Below the pieces are notes generated by a model. The model did no database searches and had not been told where the DNA came from. It worked only from the letters and a program-made list of their open reading frames with translations. The translations under genes and the position numbers were made by a program. A stretch of 62,460 bases of DNA, filler included, from Squatina squatina (taxonomy: Eukaryota): assembly GCA_031763465.1 (NCBI GenBank). It is 4 parts of 3 records of this genome, joined end to end, with 100 filler letters (N's around TTAATTAATTAA, not from the genome) between each part and the next. Parts side by side here need not be neighbours in the genome. Positions count along the whole stretch, not along the records: positions 15,635 to 30,560 come from JARFOE010000192.1; positions 30,661 to 45,847 come from JARFOE010000194.1; 2 more parts are not named here. One strand, written 5' to 3'. Below, piece by piece: positions 25,453 through 37,890 of this stretch (its first letter is position 1; every line of letters begins with the position of its first letter).

Positions 25453-27630
25453 CCCCAATGGTCAGCTGCCTTGGCTTTTATTATCCTTTGCATCCCCTCT
25501 TCCTTGCAGGGGTTTTGCCTAATTTAAGCCTTCCGTTTGATACAAGAGTCCGAGCGATGGCGAAACAAACAGACAGCTCCTTATGACTATGCTTTGTTAC
25601 ATACATGCACAAAGATGATCGTACTTAGTTAATTTCTTTTGCAGACTGCATTTGGAAATATAATTAAATTCTCCTGGTTGTGAAGAGAAATCTAGGAGGC
25701 CAACGTCAACAGAGATTGCCTCCACCCCTCTCTTCAGAATTGTACTAAAAACCGTGCCCCTAACAGTTGAGTCTCGCAGTCTTACAAGTACCAAGACGCA
25801 AACAAGGAACTTTGGACAGGGACAGATTTAGAAAATGCACTAACATATGCCAAGAAAACAGCCGGAAATTTGTACTTCCCTGCATTTCCCTCACGAGACT
25901 TCAGCCAAAACGCAGATGTGTTTATGCAAAGGCCGAGCAGGGAGTGGGAGGGGTATAGTATTGAGATACATTGTCCAGGACACTTTCACTGCCAGTGGCT
26001 TCAAGGAATCTGTAAATACACAACAGTGTGCTTCAGTCAGAATAAATCACATAAGATTTGCATTAACAGTTTTTATTTTCTGTAAAAGCTTAGCTCAAAA
26101 TGTTTGCAAGTAGTGCACGCTATTATTTCCTTTGATCTATTGTTAAAATTTTGGATGGAACCCCACTAATTCAGAAATCTGGATGTTTCTTCCTCGAAGT
26201 TTTTACTACTACCGCCAGTATCCCCTCCCCCCTGCCACCACTCCAACCCATAGTTGCACTTTTTAGGAATCAATGCCATTCCCTAGTTAAAGATCTGGAA
26301 ATATAATTAGAAAGCTTTCATCACTTGTTGTACATTGTAACATGCAGAGTAGTACAATTTGGAAACAAATGATTTTGTTTTAGATGTTAAGGACAGATTG
26401 AATGTGCAAAGCACTAACAGAAATTGAGGCCATAAAAAAGTGACTGATGGTTAAACTATTATGCTATAAACTATTTAGATAAAGGCTTAGGAGAATCTTC
26501 CAGATATTAACATTGTTTTGCCAAATAACAAACAGAGCTGTTATCCTGAAGTGAGGAATTTCTGGACTATCCAGGTTTTGATAATTTCACTGAAAACTCC
26601 AGCCAAATGTCATTCATTCATTCATTTATTCACATTTGGGCTGATTTCACAGTTTAGGCTGCAATGAACAATCTCAAAGAAAGTTATCATTACATTTAAT
26701 AATGCCCAGATAGTAAGACATTTGTCCGCAAGTCTTTGTTAGCTAATGCATCTAGCTCTGTGTCCGACTTCATTGTTGATGAATCTGGCAAGTAGTGGTT
26801 AATTGCATTTCATTCAATGTTGTACTGCTGTCCTGTTGTGACTGGTTTGGCTTAGGTAACTGCTGACTTCATTCGGACTGGGATATATGGGGCAGTCCAA
26901 ATGGGAGTTTAAGTAAGCATTTAACAAACTGTAGATATCAATGGTAGATTCCAATCCAACCTTTTAAAAGGGCCATGTTAGGAAAAGGGGAAAATTTATT
27001 TTTTCACTCTTTTACTGATTATAGATTGCATATTGGAATTCCAGAAACAATATTTCTTACATATTGCATAGAATTTAGTGTTCACCTATCCAAAATATTG
27101 GGGCTCATTTGCGCGAATTTGAACTTCGCAACATTGTTTGGAAATTGTAAAAGAGTGGTTTAGCCTAAATAGCGGCATGGACTTTGTGATGTCATTTTGC
27201 TATACTAAGCCAACTAAGTACATTCACTATAGGTACTTTGTAAAGTGCAACTCAGTGAATTTCAACACTTGCCAAGAAATCAAAGACTGGAGTGATTAAA
27301 TGGCCAGAAGTTTAACATGCATTACTGCATACTGAAGAGAGATAGATTATAGCGCCTGCCTTTGGAAGATCATGCCTATTTACTAAGGGTTAACAGCTGC
27401 AAGCAGCAGATTGACTGTTGGGGTGGAGCTACAAAGAGCAAGAAGCATTTGCTTTTCGCAACTAAATTTAAAGGGAAAGTCCGTTGAGCTCAGAAGTAAT
27501 TTGACTTAAGCCTTAAATATAATTCCCAACCGATGGTTAAACATTAGTTAAGTTGATGTGGACATCACATCTGATGAAGCGTTGCAGTTGGAGATTATGT
27601 CTCCAGAAATTTTTAGAACAGTTGTGTACT

Positions 27631-27730
27631 ATGGGCTGTTGCTGTATTGTCGATTCTATCCAATTTTTTTAACAGTTCGAGGGGTATGGGCTGTTTCTGT
27701 ATTGTAGATTCTATGCAATTTTTGAGCAGA
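27631..27730. repeat. Short tandem duplication, unit about 56 bp
   Basis: atgggctgtt.ctgtattgt.gattctat.caattttt at 27631 and 27687. Confidence 0.75.
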
Positions 27731-28179
27731 GAATGGCGCCCAGATATGAAGGGACATAGCCTGGTTTGAATCAGAAAATTAAAGGGGAACGATGTTAATC
27801 TAATATATTGCTTTTATCCATTTATTCTCAGGATATGGTTTGCAGAGGAACGCAAAGCATCGATAAGGGATTTATCAGAAAATTAGTTGCAGCAGGGGTG
27901 GAGATGGCCTGTGTTATGGAGGTGGGAATCACGATGGACACTGACCATGAAGGCTCTCACGTTTCAACGTTCAGCACTCTCACCTGAAGGAGCTGCCTGA
28001 AGAAACCAGACCCCAGTGAGAGGCGGATGATTCCAGGGTGATCATGTGGAGATTTAGTAACCGGCTGATCAAAATAAAACGTCTCTGAGTTTACTGCTCA
28101 GAAACATGTGGCATGAGGAATCAGAGCAGCTTATATGTTCCATCGGTAGTTCAGCACGGGATGGATAGTTAATAAATCA

Positions 28180-29170
28180 CATTCTACACTCTCCACTCAA
28201 CACTACCGTGACAGGTACAGCACCGCTTAGATACAAAATAATACAGTGTCGTCATCAACCACCAGCAGGGCAGGTACAACACTAGTTAGATAAAGAGTGA
28301 AGCTCCATCCACACAGCACCCATCAACCACTACCAGGGCAGGTACAACACCAGTTAGATACAGAGTAAAGCTCCATCTACACAGTACCCATCAACTACTC
28401 CCAGGGCAGTTACAACACGGGTTAGATTCAGAATAAAGCTCCATCTACAGGGTACCCATCAACTACTCCCAGGGCAGGTACAACACCAGTTCGATACAGA
28501 GTAAAGGTCCCTCTGCAGGGTAACATTCAACTACTCCCAGGGCAGGCAAAACCCTGGTTAGATACAGAGTAAAGCTCCATCTGCACAGTACCCATCAACG
28601 ACTCCCAGGGCAGGCACAACACGGGTTAGAGACAGAGTAAAGCTCCATCTACACAGTACCCATCAACTACTCCCATGGAAGGCACCACACGGGTTAGATA
28701 CAGAGTAAAGCTCTCTCTGCAGTGCCCCATCAAACATTCCCAAGGCAGGTACAGCATGGGTTTCGATAAAGCTCGCTCTGCACTGTCCCCGTCAACCACT
28801 CCCAGAGCAGATACAACACGGGTTACATACAGAATAAAGCCGTCTCTGCAGTGCCCCATCAAACAATCCCGGGCACGTACAGCATGAGGTTAGATAAAGC
28901 TCGCTATACACTGTCCCATTAAACAATACCAGGGCATGGACAACACGGGGTAAGATACAGAATAAAGCTTCCTCTTCACTATCCCTTTAAACACTGTCAG
29001 GTCAATTAAAGTATGAGGTAAATAATAAGACTCCCTCTCAATGCCCCATAAAACAGTATCAAGGCAGTGGTCGCATACGTTTGATATCGAGTAAAGCTAC
29101 ATTTGACTGTCCCATCAAAGTGTGCCTGGGTAGGTTGAGCACGTGGTAGATAACACGGAAACCCTCCATC
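28180..29170. repeat. 68-bp minisatellite array, about 14 units, diverging at the edges
   Basis: Unit gttagatacagagtaaagctccatctacacagtacccatcaactactcccagggcaggtacaacacgg starts at 28353, 28421, 28489, 28557, 28625 and 28693. Confidence 0.92.
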
Positions 29171-29559
29171 TGCAGCTTCTCATTAGAGATTGCCAGGACA
29201 GTTACAGCATAGGGTAGAAACAGAAGTAGTCTCCTTCTCTGTGACCCAATTCTGTGTGTATGTTGTGCTCAGTCCCACACCGAGTGAGTTCAGGCCCACT
29301 GAGCACAGGCCCGGTCTGGAGCCTGGGCCTCTCCTGCTCGCTGTGTGGGACTCAGTACCTTACGTAATGTGCAAGTAAGACAGGGATGGAGTCTTAGAAT
29401 TTCCTGCACTGAGTGTCCATGTGGGATCAGTACCACACCGGTGTGAGATCAGGCTAACAAATCACAGGCCGGGGATGGAACCTGGGCCTCTCCCATTGAT
29501 CACTGCCTGCACTCTTACAGTGATGTCCCTCCTCTCTCTTCGATCAGTGCCGAGATACT

Positions 29560-30308
29560 GGGCCTGAACTTACCATCAGAGGCTCTGTGTGTGTGTGTTC
29601 CTCTGATTGCAATTTCCCATATGTACATACCTAATGGCCCTGGATCGACGAGAGTTTGCGAATGTCAGCACCATCCCCCACATCCCCGCCCCGGGTTGGA
29701 GATTCTGAGCGGGGCTCCCTTGGTTCCCGGGAATTCAAACTGAAGAGGCTGGAGTGGTCACATGGGAGGCCCCGGCCAATCAGATAGGTGTCCCTTTATT
29801 TGAAATTTTGACAGTTCTCAGCGATCTGTCAAGAATGGTCAAAACTTCAATAAAAGATGAAGAACAACACAAAATCACCACAAAGCATTTTAAAACGATT
29901 GGAAATTGAAGAAAAGATATAGATAACACATATTTTAAATTTAAAAAATAATTTGAAATGTTTAAAACATTTAAAACAAAGCATTTAAAACGTACTGAGA
30001 ATGGTTTTACAGTAATGTCCCATTATTTTTTTGATATTTTTTAAACATTTCTTACGATGTTATAACCAAGCAGATACGCTGGCTTTTACCAAACATAAGA
30101 AATGTCAAGAGAGGCCCAGCAGAAAGCTTTGCAAAAATATAGTAAATGTCTGTGGGGCCAATGGGCTTTGCAGCCTCAGCATTGGATCTGTCCAGAAGTT
30201 TCGGGCCAGATCACAAATGTCGGTTATGCGGGCTTACGGTGCACAGCCCCATAATATGCTCTTGCGATGTCTCCCTGGGTGCGAGGGAACATCACAATAT
30301 CTGGGCCT
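29560..30308 (+). mobile_element. Near full-length copy (about 750 bp) of Harbinger-type MITE family A
   Basis: Imperfect inverted termini GGGCCTGAACTTACCATC and ATCACAATATCTGGGCCT, with an AT-rich core. The left arm matches 12255-12520 and 16625-16853. The right arm matches 36213-36286. Confidence 0.65.
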
Positions 30309-30560
30309 CTATTTATCAAATTGTTAAATCAGCTTTTCTCACCAGCCTATTGTGTTTCCATTTCTGCTGTGGCCTTGCTCCGAATACAAGTAAATATTAG
30401 AATCTTGCTCAAAAACTGCAGGACGGCGATTCTACACGTGAGTCACGGATTCAATGATTCCTGTTCTCACAGAATGATCGAACAATACAGCAAAGCAGGA
30501 GGCCATTCGGTCCATCATTCCTTTGCAAGCTCTTTGAAAGAGCTGTTCAATTAGTCTCAC

Positions 30561-30660
30561 NNNNNNNNNNNNNNNNNNNNNNNNNNNNNNNNNNNNNNNN
30601 NNNNTTAATTAATTAANNNNNNNNNNNNNNNNNNNNNNNNNNNNNNNNNNNNNNNNNNNN
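30561..30660. other. Artificial scaffold-joining spacer
   Basis: 44N-TTAATTAATTAA(30605-30616)-44N. Confidence 0.95.
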
Positions 30661-31387
30661 ATATTTGAGGATCTTTTCACTGGTATAGAGACTATGAAAG
30701 AGGATGCTTAAAGGGGATGTTTTGAATTGATGAAAGGCTCAAGTGGAAAAGCAAGGAAAGACTTGTTAACAGTTGGTCAACAAGGCATAGATTATCACCA
30801 GACAAGACAGATGAAATATGTTCAAATAGAACATGAAATGTTTTACCATGTTTTACAAGTGGCTATTGAAGCCGAGGTTATAACATCCTTGAAAAGGAAA
30901 TTAGATAAGTAGTCGATAAGAAAGCATATGGGGAACTGGGAAGGGAATCGATGACTCAGGTTGAAGAGCCAGCAACAACACTGGTGTGAAGAACCCAATG
31001 ATCTGCTCCTGTACTGTAGCTTCGATGTTTCAAAGACACTACAGAGATCTTCTGAGAAATGTGTTTTGACTGCCAGTGAAAGTGAAGAGGACACTGAACA
31101 GGAACTAACTGACAATTAACCTTCACATTCAAGCCTGCATTGAAAACTCCACTCACAGTTGTCTAATCTAGTTTGCTGCTGAATTTTGTGTAACTGAGCT
31201 TGCTAAATGAATAAACCCTTTTCTAATGGGATTCACCCACATAGCAAACGCTTAAAGCAAATGGCCATTAGGCTTTCAGTTTTCCTTTTTTCTAATGTGT
31301 CTCGTAGCGCCAGGAATTTTTTTTTATCTCTTCCTACTCATCAGGCAGTGCTGCGGAACAGAACTACTCCCCATTTCAGGTTTAGAG

Positions 31388-31547
31388 TGTGCACCATCTA
31401 CAAGATGCACTGCAGCAACTCGCCAAGGCTTCTTCGGCAGCACCTCCCAAACCCACGACCTTTATCACCCAGAAGGACAAGGGCAGCAGGTGCATGGCAA
31501 CAGCACCACCTCCAAGTTACACGCCATCCTGACTTGGAAGTCTATCG
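31388..31547 (+). mobile_element. LINE (L2/CR1 group) ORF2 C-terminal fragment
   Basis: VCTIYKMHCSNSPRLLRQHLPNPRPLSPRRTRAAGAW. Same family as 37097-37320 and 57015-57478. Confidence 0.85.
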
Positions 31548-32518
31548 GNNNNNNNNNNNNNNNNNNNNNNNNNNNNNNNNNNNNNNNNNNNNNNNNNNNN
31601 NNNNNNNNNNNNNNNNNNNNNNNNNNNNNNNNNNNNNNNNNNNNNNNNCCCCATCATCAAGCACCATCTCCAACCCGGGAGACATTCATCATGCTAATGC
31701 GTTTCGTTCTTGATTTCATTGGGTCCTTTCACATGCTCCGTAATCAATCATTGACTCAGCATTCTCACAGCGCAGGGGCTGACTGCAAAGAGGTGTCTTG
31801 CATTGCGGCTGGGAAATGAGAGCAAGAATCTAAGCAATCCCTCAGGTGCATTGACAGCACGATGATCTAACGAGCCTATTGTCGATTCAATGTGCTTGGT
31901 CCATTCTGAAATGCCGATTAATAACTCGATAGTCAATTCTCTGCTGACTGGAAAGGTTCCGACAATGAAATCAGCTTGGGGCACCTCAACCCACTTGTGG
32001 GCCCGACTCCACAGCGCAAGTTGGCACCAACTCGTGAGTGCCACTCAAAGGTCACAGGACGGGAATGCGCTGCCTGACAGGGCGGTGGACGCAGATACAA
32101 CCGTAACTTTCAAAAGGAAATTGAAAAGTTTAAAAAAAAACATTTGCAGGGCTCCGGGGAAAGAGCAGGGGGAGCGGGACTAATTGGTTGCCTTCTGTGC
32201 TGTCCACGTTCTACGATTCCAGGAAGGGGAATGTTGGAAATGGAAAATTGTCACATTCGGGTGGCTCCTCTGAGCTTGCGGTCGAGACGATAGGAGAGGG
32301 TTTCCTGTGCGTCACTGGGTACAGCANNNNNNNNNNNNNNNNNNNNNNNNNNNNNNNNNNNNNNNNNNNNNNNNNNNNNNNNNNNNNNNNNNNNNNNNNN
32401 NNNNNNNNNNNNNNNNNNNNNNNNNNTCGGGACTGTCCTGGCAAAACCGGGTCGTCTGGTCACCCTTGCATTAATGCACTGCCACATTCCCCACGTGAAA
32501 GTTCTCAACGTGACCTAC

Positions 32519-32995
32519 CTTCTCGAGCTTGCCTGACACCGGAATTATTTTTGGAGGAGGCCCTCGAATAGTTCCGTTGATCGACCTTCCTTCTCGCACA
32601 TCTTCAGGATCACTGCAAGGGCTGCTGGGCGATTCAGTCATATTCCAGCCTCCATTGCCGTGGTCTTCATTTAAATATGCATAGTTTCCATTTTTTCCGA
32701 TCGCTGAACACAGTTTCTTGGTTGCCACTCCACCAATATGGTCCTGAGCGTAGCCATTTTTTAGGTGTCCATCCTGTTGCCTGAAAATGTTCTGCATCTG
32801 GCCAGTTTTTCGACACTTGCTATTGTACTCTGTGGCCTTGCAGTGCTTGTCATGGTAGTTGCGTCCTGATACAAGACTGCCAACGCTGCCCATGGTGCTC
32901 TGCAAGATTGGGGATGCTGCAGAAGGTCGCAGTTTGGTCTCACTTTCTGAATTCTGATGCTCAGAAACTATGGGCAATGCCTGAACCATTGCCAT
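32519..32995 (-). CDS. LZTS2: LZTS2 (leucine zipper tumour suppressor 2), first coding exon (159 aa)
   Basis: GCCATGG start. MAMVQALP...MGSVGSLVSGR...FRQQDG...YLNED...TESPSSPCSDPEDVRE...RGPPPKIIPVSGKLEK|GTaggt matches recalled LZTS2 (MAIVQTLP, FRQQDG, RGPPPKLIPVSGKLEK). Acceptor at 33044-33043 after a pyrimidine tract. Confidence 0.88.
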
Positions 32996-34862
32996 GGCGA
33001 TGAACTGTCACAATGTCCACAATTTTTGGGNNNNNNNNNNCCCTGGCAACCAGATAAAACAAAGACAAAAAGAAATTAGTGAAACGCAAAGCCAGTAAAA
33101 TATATATTCCTTCTATTTCAATACTGGTCAATTGAAAAATTATCTACAGAAGACTGTGTATTACAGAGCATTAGCACGCTGTCCTTGCACCTCTGCGATC
33201 TGCGGTTGAATCCAGCCCAAAATGATAAGGCCGACTCTGTACTGATTCTAAAAATTCGACAGGGGCTGAATTTCAGAAACATCAACCCCAGTTTTTAAAC
33301 AGACTCAACTTGAGAGAACAAACAGGCTTTGTCCTTTCTTCACCATCATCGGAGCACCATCACCACACAGCCTGCAGCAGATCAGGCAAGATGAAGGCCT
33401 ACCACAACCACCACCTTCTCGGGGTAACAAGGGATGTGCAATAAATGCTGGCTTTGCCAGCGACGACAATGTCCTGGAATGAATTTTTTTTTAAAAAGTG
33501 TCTTGCAATTGTACCCATTACCTTGCAAGTAAGTACACGACAGCAGCAAGACCAGTTAAGATCTCATGCATGATAGAAAAACACATAAACACTGACCGCA
33601 CATACATTTATATCCATCCAATGCGATCTGCCAAATCCTCGCAGTAACATTACTGGGTGTAAAGTGAATTTATAAGCTGCAAACTATCTTCTTGCAAGGC
33701 TAAACTAATATCTTGGCAATCTACAATGACATTTCATACAGGGAAAGAAAAAATCAATATAAGCAGCATTTTAAACAGTACATAACAGTAGACCCCATTC
33801 TCCATTACTCATAAAACAAATCTCAAAGACACAGTTAAATTTACAGTCAATACTTTTTCTTCATTCCTGTCAAACTATTGGGCTCTCCGGAGGTTTTAGT
33901 AATTCATCCTGCACTTGCATTAGACACAGTCGCAAGCCATGACTAACAAATATTTATGAACAGCTCAGGATGAATTTCATTCACCGGATGGTATTGCTAA
34001 TGGCAGACTCTGGTGGAAAATTGCCAGTAAAATGTGGTTTTCACCTGGGGTTTTCTTATCCCCCCGCAAGATGCAGAAGCAGGTAGTGCTTCAACTCTAT
34101 CAAGAAACTAGGCAAATAATGGCTATGGAATTGTGTGCTAGGAGCCCCATTGCAGTTGGAAACCCATAACTTCATACGTTTTATGTTCAAAGTGAGAGAT
34201 GTCAGTGCAGGCAATGGAATACATCCCCACTTTGGCATCAAATGACAGCATTGTGCACTCCCAAGTCAGGTATCACATGGGAGTGGGGTGCGGTAAAGCT
34301 TCCTTTACTTTGCAGTGACCCCCGACCTCAGAAAAACACCTCGTATTGCTCACGTTTGACATTTACACTTCCCTCAAACCATCAGAGTTGTGACCTCAGA
34401 GTTAAGACTGTCCAATTTGTGTTAATTGGCAGGCTGTTTTGTATGGCGCCCATTGGGGAATCAGTAGATATTGTCCCAAACTTATTAGAAAGGGAACTTT
34501 TATAGCCAACCGAGGGAGGGGACCTTCATGTCAGCAACTGCAGTTATGTCAACATTTGTTTTTTTTAGTAAGAGAACATAAATACATAAATTTCCCTCCA
34601 CAGAGAATTTTCAATCATGGTCTTGAGGAGCAATCCTGAGTGCAGTACAGGCGTTCTCTTTGGGTACGGAGAATTAGAATAAAAAGGACGAGATGGGGGA
34701 TCCAGTGATGAGGGATCCAGTGACAGAGGGATACAGTGACATTTTTATGCATCTTCTAGCAGNNNNNNNNNNNNNNNNNNNNNNNNNNNNNNNNNNNNNN
34801 NNNNNNNNNNNNNNNNNNNNNNNNNNNNNNNNNNNNNNNNNNNNNNNNNNNNNNNNNNNNNN

Positions 34863-34970
34863 CTGCAGCGGTTCAAGAAGGCGGCTCATCACCACCTCAA
34901 GGGCAACTAGGGATGGGCAATAAATGCTGGCCTTGCCAGCGACGCCCATATCCCAGGAACATTTTTTTTT
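34863..34970 (+). mobile_element. 3' end of the same LINE family
   Basis: ctgcagcggttcaagaaggcggctcatcaccacc...gggatgggcaataaatgctggccttgccagcgacgccc, the reverse complement of 57020-57120. Another copy lies near 33395-33490. Confidence 0.8.
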
Positions 34971-34972
34971 TA

Positions 34973-35190
34973 AATACTGTATTCGCTTCTCACGATGTGG
35001 TCTCCTCTACACTGGGGAAACCAAACGCAAATTGGGTGACCGCTTTGCAGAACACCTCCACTCAGTCCATAAGCATAATCCTGAGCTTCCACCTGTCACT
35101 TTCATTCTCCGCTCTATTCCCACTCGGGTCTCTCTGCTTTCGGCTTATTACACTGTTCCAATGAAGTTCAACCTCAGCTTGAGAAACATT
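34973..35190 (+). mobile_element. Penelope-like element GIY-YIG endonuclease fragment
   Basis: YCIRFSRCGLLYTGETKRKLGDRFAEHLHSV, matching the Y.I.C..C...YIGET.R.L..R..EH motif. Confidence 0.85.
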
Positions 35191-35679
35191 AAATTCACCA
35201 AAGGATAAAGAACAAAGACTCGGAGGAGATGGAAAAATAAAAATTAAAGATTGAAACTAATCTGTAAGGAACCAAAGCAAACAGATGGATCAGGCAATCA
35301 GCTCCAATTCCTAAATGGAACATCTAGAATCCATCAACTCCACAACAGCGAGTAAGTAACGATTCATAGCTTAGAGGAGTTTATTGTACAATTACTACCT
35401 GACTGTTACCATTATACTTGTCAACAAGTGCTGCAGTTAATAACTCTGCACCATACTGTTCCTGAACCTTTATCTCACGGCTCACTTACTACAATATTAA
35501 AAAAATGCTCTTCTTTCTAAACAGAACATGAAAGCTAATTTTTTCTGAAAAGCTGCTCATAAACTTCACAGACCAGGACTGAAAATAAAACTGCAGTCTC
35601 AAAGACTAGTTCAGGGGCTAAATGCATTTTGCGAATTTGAGCCAGAGGCGACCGCTTCTGTATATCTGATCTCTCTCGT

Positions 35680-36025
35680 TATCTATTTATCTAAATCTAT
35701 GTGTGTGTGTTTATATGTATGCATGTTTCTACGTGTATGTGTGACAAGTATGTGTTCTAGATGTGAGTATATCTATATATGTGTATGTATGTTTATATAT
35801 ATAAATAAAATGTATTTGTATAAGTGTAGCAATATATATGTGCATATGTGTGAATATGTATATAAATAGCATTTACACATATATATACGCACACACATAT
35901 ATACACAAAGACATATATATAAACACAGAGCAGTATGTGCACACACAGAGAAATATATGCATACAGAAGAAACATAGTGTGTGTGTGTGTATGTGTGTGT
36001 GTGTATACAAATATATGTGTGTATG
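35680..36025. repeat. Compound (TA)n/(TG)n/(CA)n low-complexity microsatellite
   Basis: Direct inspection. Confidence 0.9.
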
Positions 36026-36212
36026 CACTGAGGACAGTCACCTCTCCCCGCCCCCCTGCCACCCCTCCCCTTAAGCTCTGTTGAATAGCCTGCCACAGCT
36101 GTCACTGACCAGATGCACACATGGGAGAAGTGGGCACTGAGGGGCGAGACAGTAGAGGGCACCTGGTGCCCATCGAACTGTACCTTGTGCCTTCAGGAAC
36201 GGGAGGGAAATT

Positions 36213-36286
36213 GGGCCTGAAATCGCAATCTCCCCGGGTGGGAATGATGTTCCCACGCACCCGGGGAGACAGCGCAAAATACGGTT
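36213..36286 (-). mobile_element. Terminal fragment of MITE family A
   Basis: gggcctgaaatcgcaatc...gatgttcccacgcacccggggagaca.cgcaa matches the reverse complement of 30260-30308. Confidence 0.6.
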
Positions 36287-36386
36287 NNNNNNNNNNNNNN
36301 NNNNNNNNNNNNNNNNNNNNNNNNNNNNNNNNNNNNNNNNNNNNNNNNNNNNNNNNNNNNNNNNNNNNNNNNNNNNNNNNNNNNNN

Positions 36387-36570
36387 AAGTCATTAACTAT
36401 ATTCAAGAAGGAGATAGATAGATTTCTGGACACTAAAGGCATCACGGGATAAAGTGAGAAAGCGGGAATATGGCGATGAGATAGAGGATCAGCTGTGATC
36501 ATATTGAATGGCGGAGCAGGCTTGAAGGGCCGAATGGCCGACTCCTGCTCCTATTTTCTATATTTCTATA
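36387..36570 (+). mobile_element. CR1 (HER1/HE1-like) 3' end
   Basis: SLTIFKKEIDRFLDTKGI, then gaggatcagc..tgatcatattgaatggcggagcaggc.tgaagggccgaatggcc.actcctgctcctatttt. A second copy lies at 53464-53575. Confidence 0.85.
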
Positions 36571-37096
36571 ATGCTCCTGTGAAGCGCCTATGTTAACGGC
36601 GCTATATAAATGCAACTAAAAAGGCACCCTGTGAGGGGGGAGAAANNNNNNNNNNAATTCCCTTTTGTCCCATTCCCCAGGCCAACTCTAAGTTTGCGAT
36701 AAAATTGGCTTCTACTCACTCTAAAAAGGCAAATAAAATTAATTAATTAATATAATTCAATTTATAATTTTTTAAAAAAATAGGCTCATTATAGAATCTT
36801 GCTTCGAAAACATACTTAGCAATCCTGGGTTCAAGCTAATTATAAGTAATGCTGATTTCTAACTGAACATATTGGCTGAAATGGTTTTGGCACTCATCCC
36901 AGGTGAAAGAATGGGAAGCAATGTGTGTGTGCGCGTGTTATAAATAACCTCAGTTGATATTTGATACGACTAATTTTAAACCCACACTACTTAAAGNNNN
37001 NNNNNNNNNNNNNNNNNNNNNNNNNNNNNNNNNNNNNNNNNNNNNNNNNNNNNNNNNNNNNNNNNNNNNNNNNNNNNNNNNNNNNNNNNNNNNNNN

Positions 37097-37320
37097 TGGT
37101 GAAGGTACTCCCACGATTTTTGACCCAGACATGATGAAGGAACGGAGATATACTTCCAAGTCAGGGTGGCGTGTGAGTTGGAGAAGAACTTGGAGGGGAT
37201 GGTGTTCCCATGCATCTACTGTCCTTGTCCTCCTAGGTGCTAGATGTCGCGGGTTTGAGAGGTGCTGTCGAAGAAGCCTTGGCGAGTTGCTGCAGTGCAC
37301 CTTACAGATGGTGCACACAA
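37097..37320 (-). mobile_element. LINE ORF2 C-terminal fragment
   Basis: VCTICKVHCSNSPRLLRQHLSNPRHLAPRRTRTVDAWEHHPLQV. Confidence 0.85.
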
Positions 37321-37534
37321 AGCCCCGAGTCAATCCCTGGTCTGCGCTGTATGGAACAAGATGAGGAGAATCTAAGCAACCACTGCATGAAGCAGCTCCG
37401 ATCACCTAGGTCTGATTGAGGATCTGCCTTTACATTCCATTGTGCATCTATTTTCTCTCTTTACTCCTATCCTTCCACCCTCTATAAATTTCAGCTGATC
37501 CATATTCTATCCTGGACCAAGTCCCGCTGCCGAT

Positions 37535-37890
37535 TCCCCAAAAACTTCAAATATAACATTTTCATCCTGGTATTTAAATCCCTCCCTGGCCTCACCCCTT
37601 CCTAGCTCAGTAAACTCCTCCAGCCCTACCATCCGGCCTCAACGCTCTGTTCCTCTGACTTTTGCCTCTGCCCCGTCTTTATCCCATGATTAGTGGACGT
37701 GCCTTCAGCCACCTAAGCCCCACGCTCTGGAATTCCCTCCCGGACCCCTCCACCTCCCCCTTTATCCTCTCCTCCTTTCTGTCAACTCACTTTTTTCTTT
37801 GGCTTGTTGTCCATTCTTGTTCAATGACGCCTCTGTGAAGCACGTCTTCCTCCGTTAAAGGCACTGAAGAAAGGCAGGTTCTTGTTGTTG
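37535..37890 (+). mobile_element. L2-type LINE 3' fragment
   Basis: ttcatcctggtatttaaatccctccctggcctcacccct...gccttcagcc...ctctggaattccctcc (FKSL.GL.P and AF...P.LWNSL motifs). Confidence 0.65.

Noticed and set aside
25000-25458. A short secreted 152-aa LRR protein, as listed in the ORF track
   Set aside because: It is the TRIL N-terminus reading into unrelated sequence. The rest of TRIL continues in frame at 24417, and the true start is the ATG at 25452.
28180-29170. CRISPR-like regularly spaced repeats
   Set aside because: The whole 68-bp unit repeats with no unique spacers, there are no cas genes and the context is vertebrate. It is a minisatellite.
35773-36162. Cys/Tyr/His/Ile-rich ORFs
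   Set aside because: These are translations of a TA/TG/CA microsatellite.
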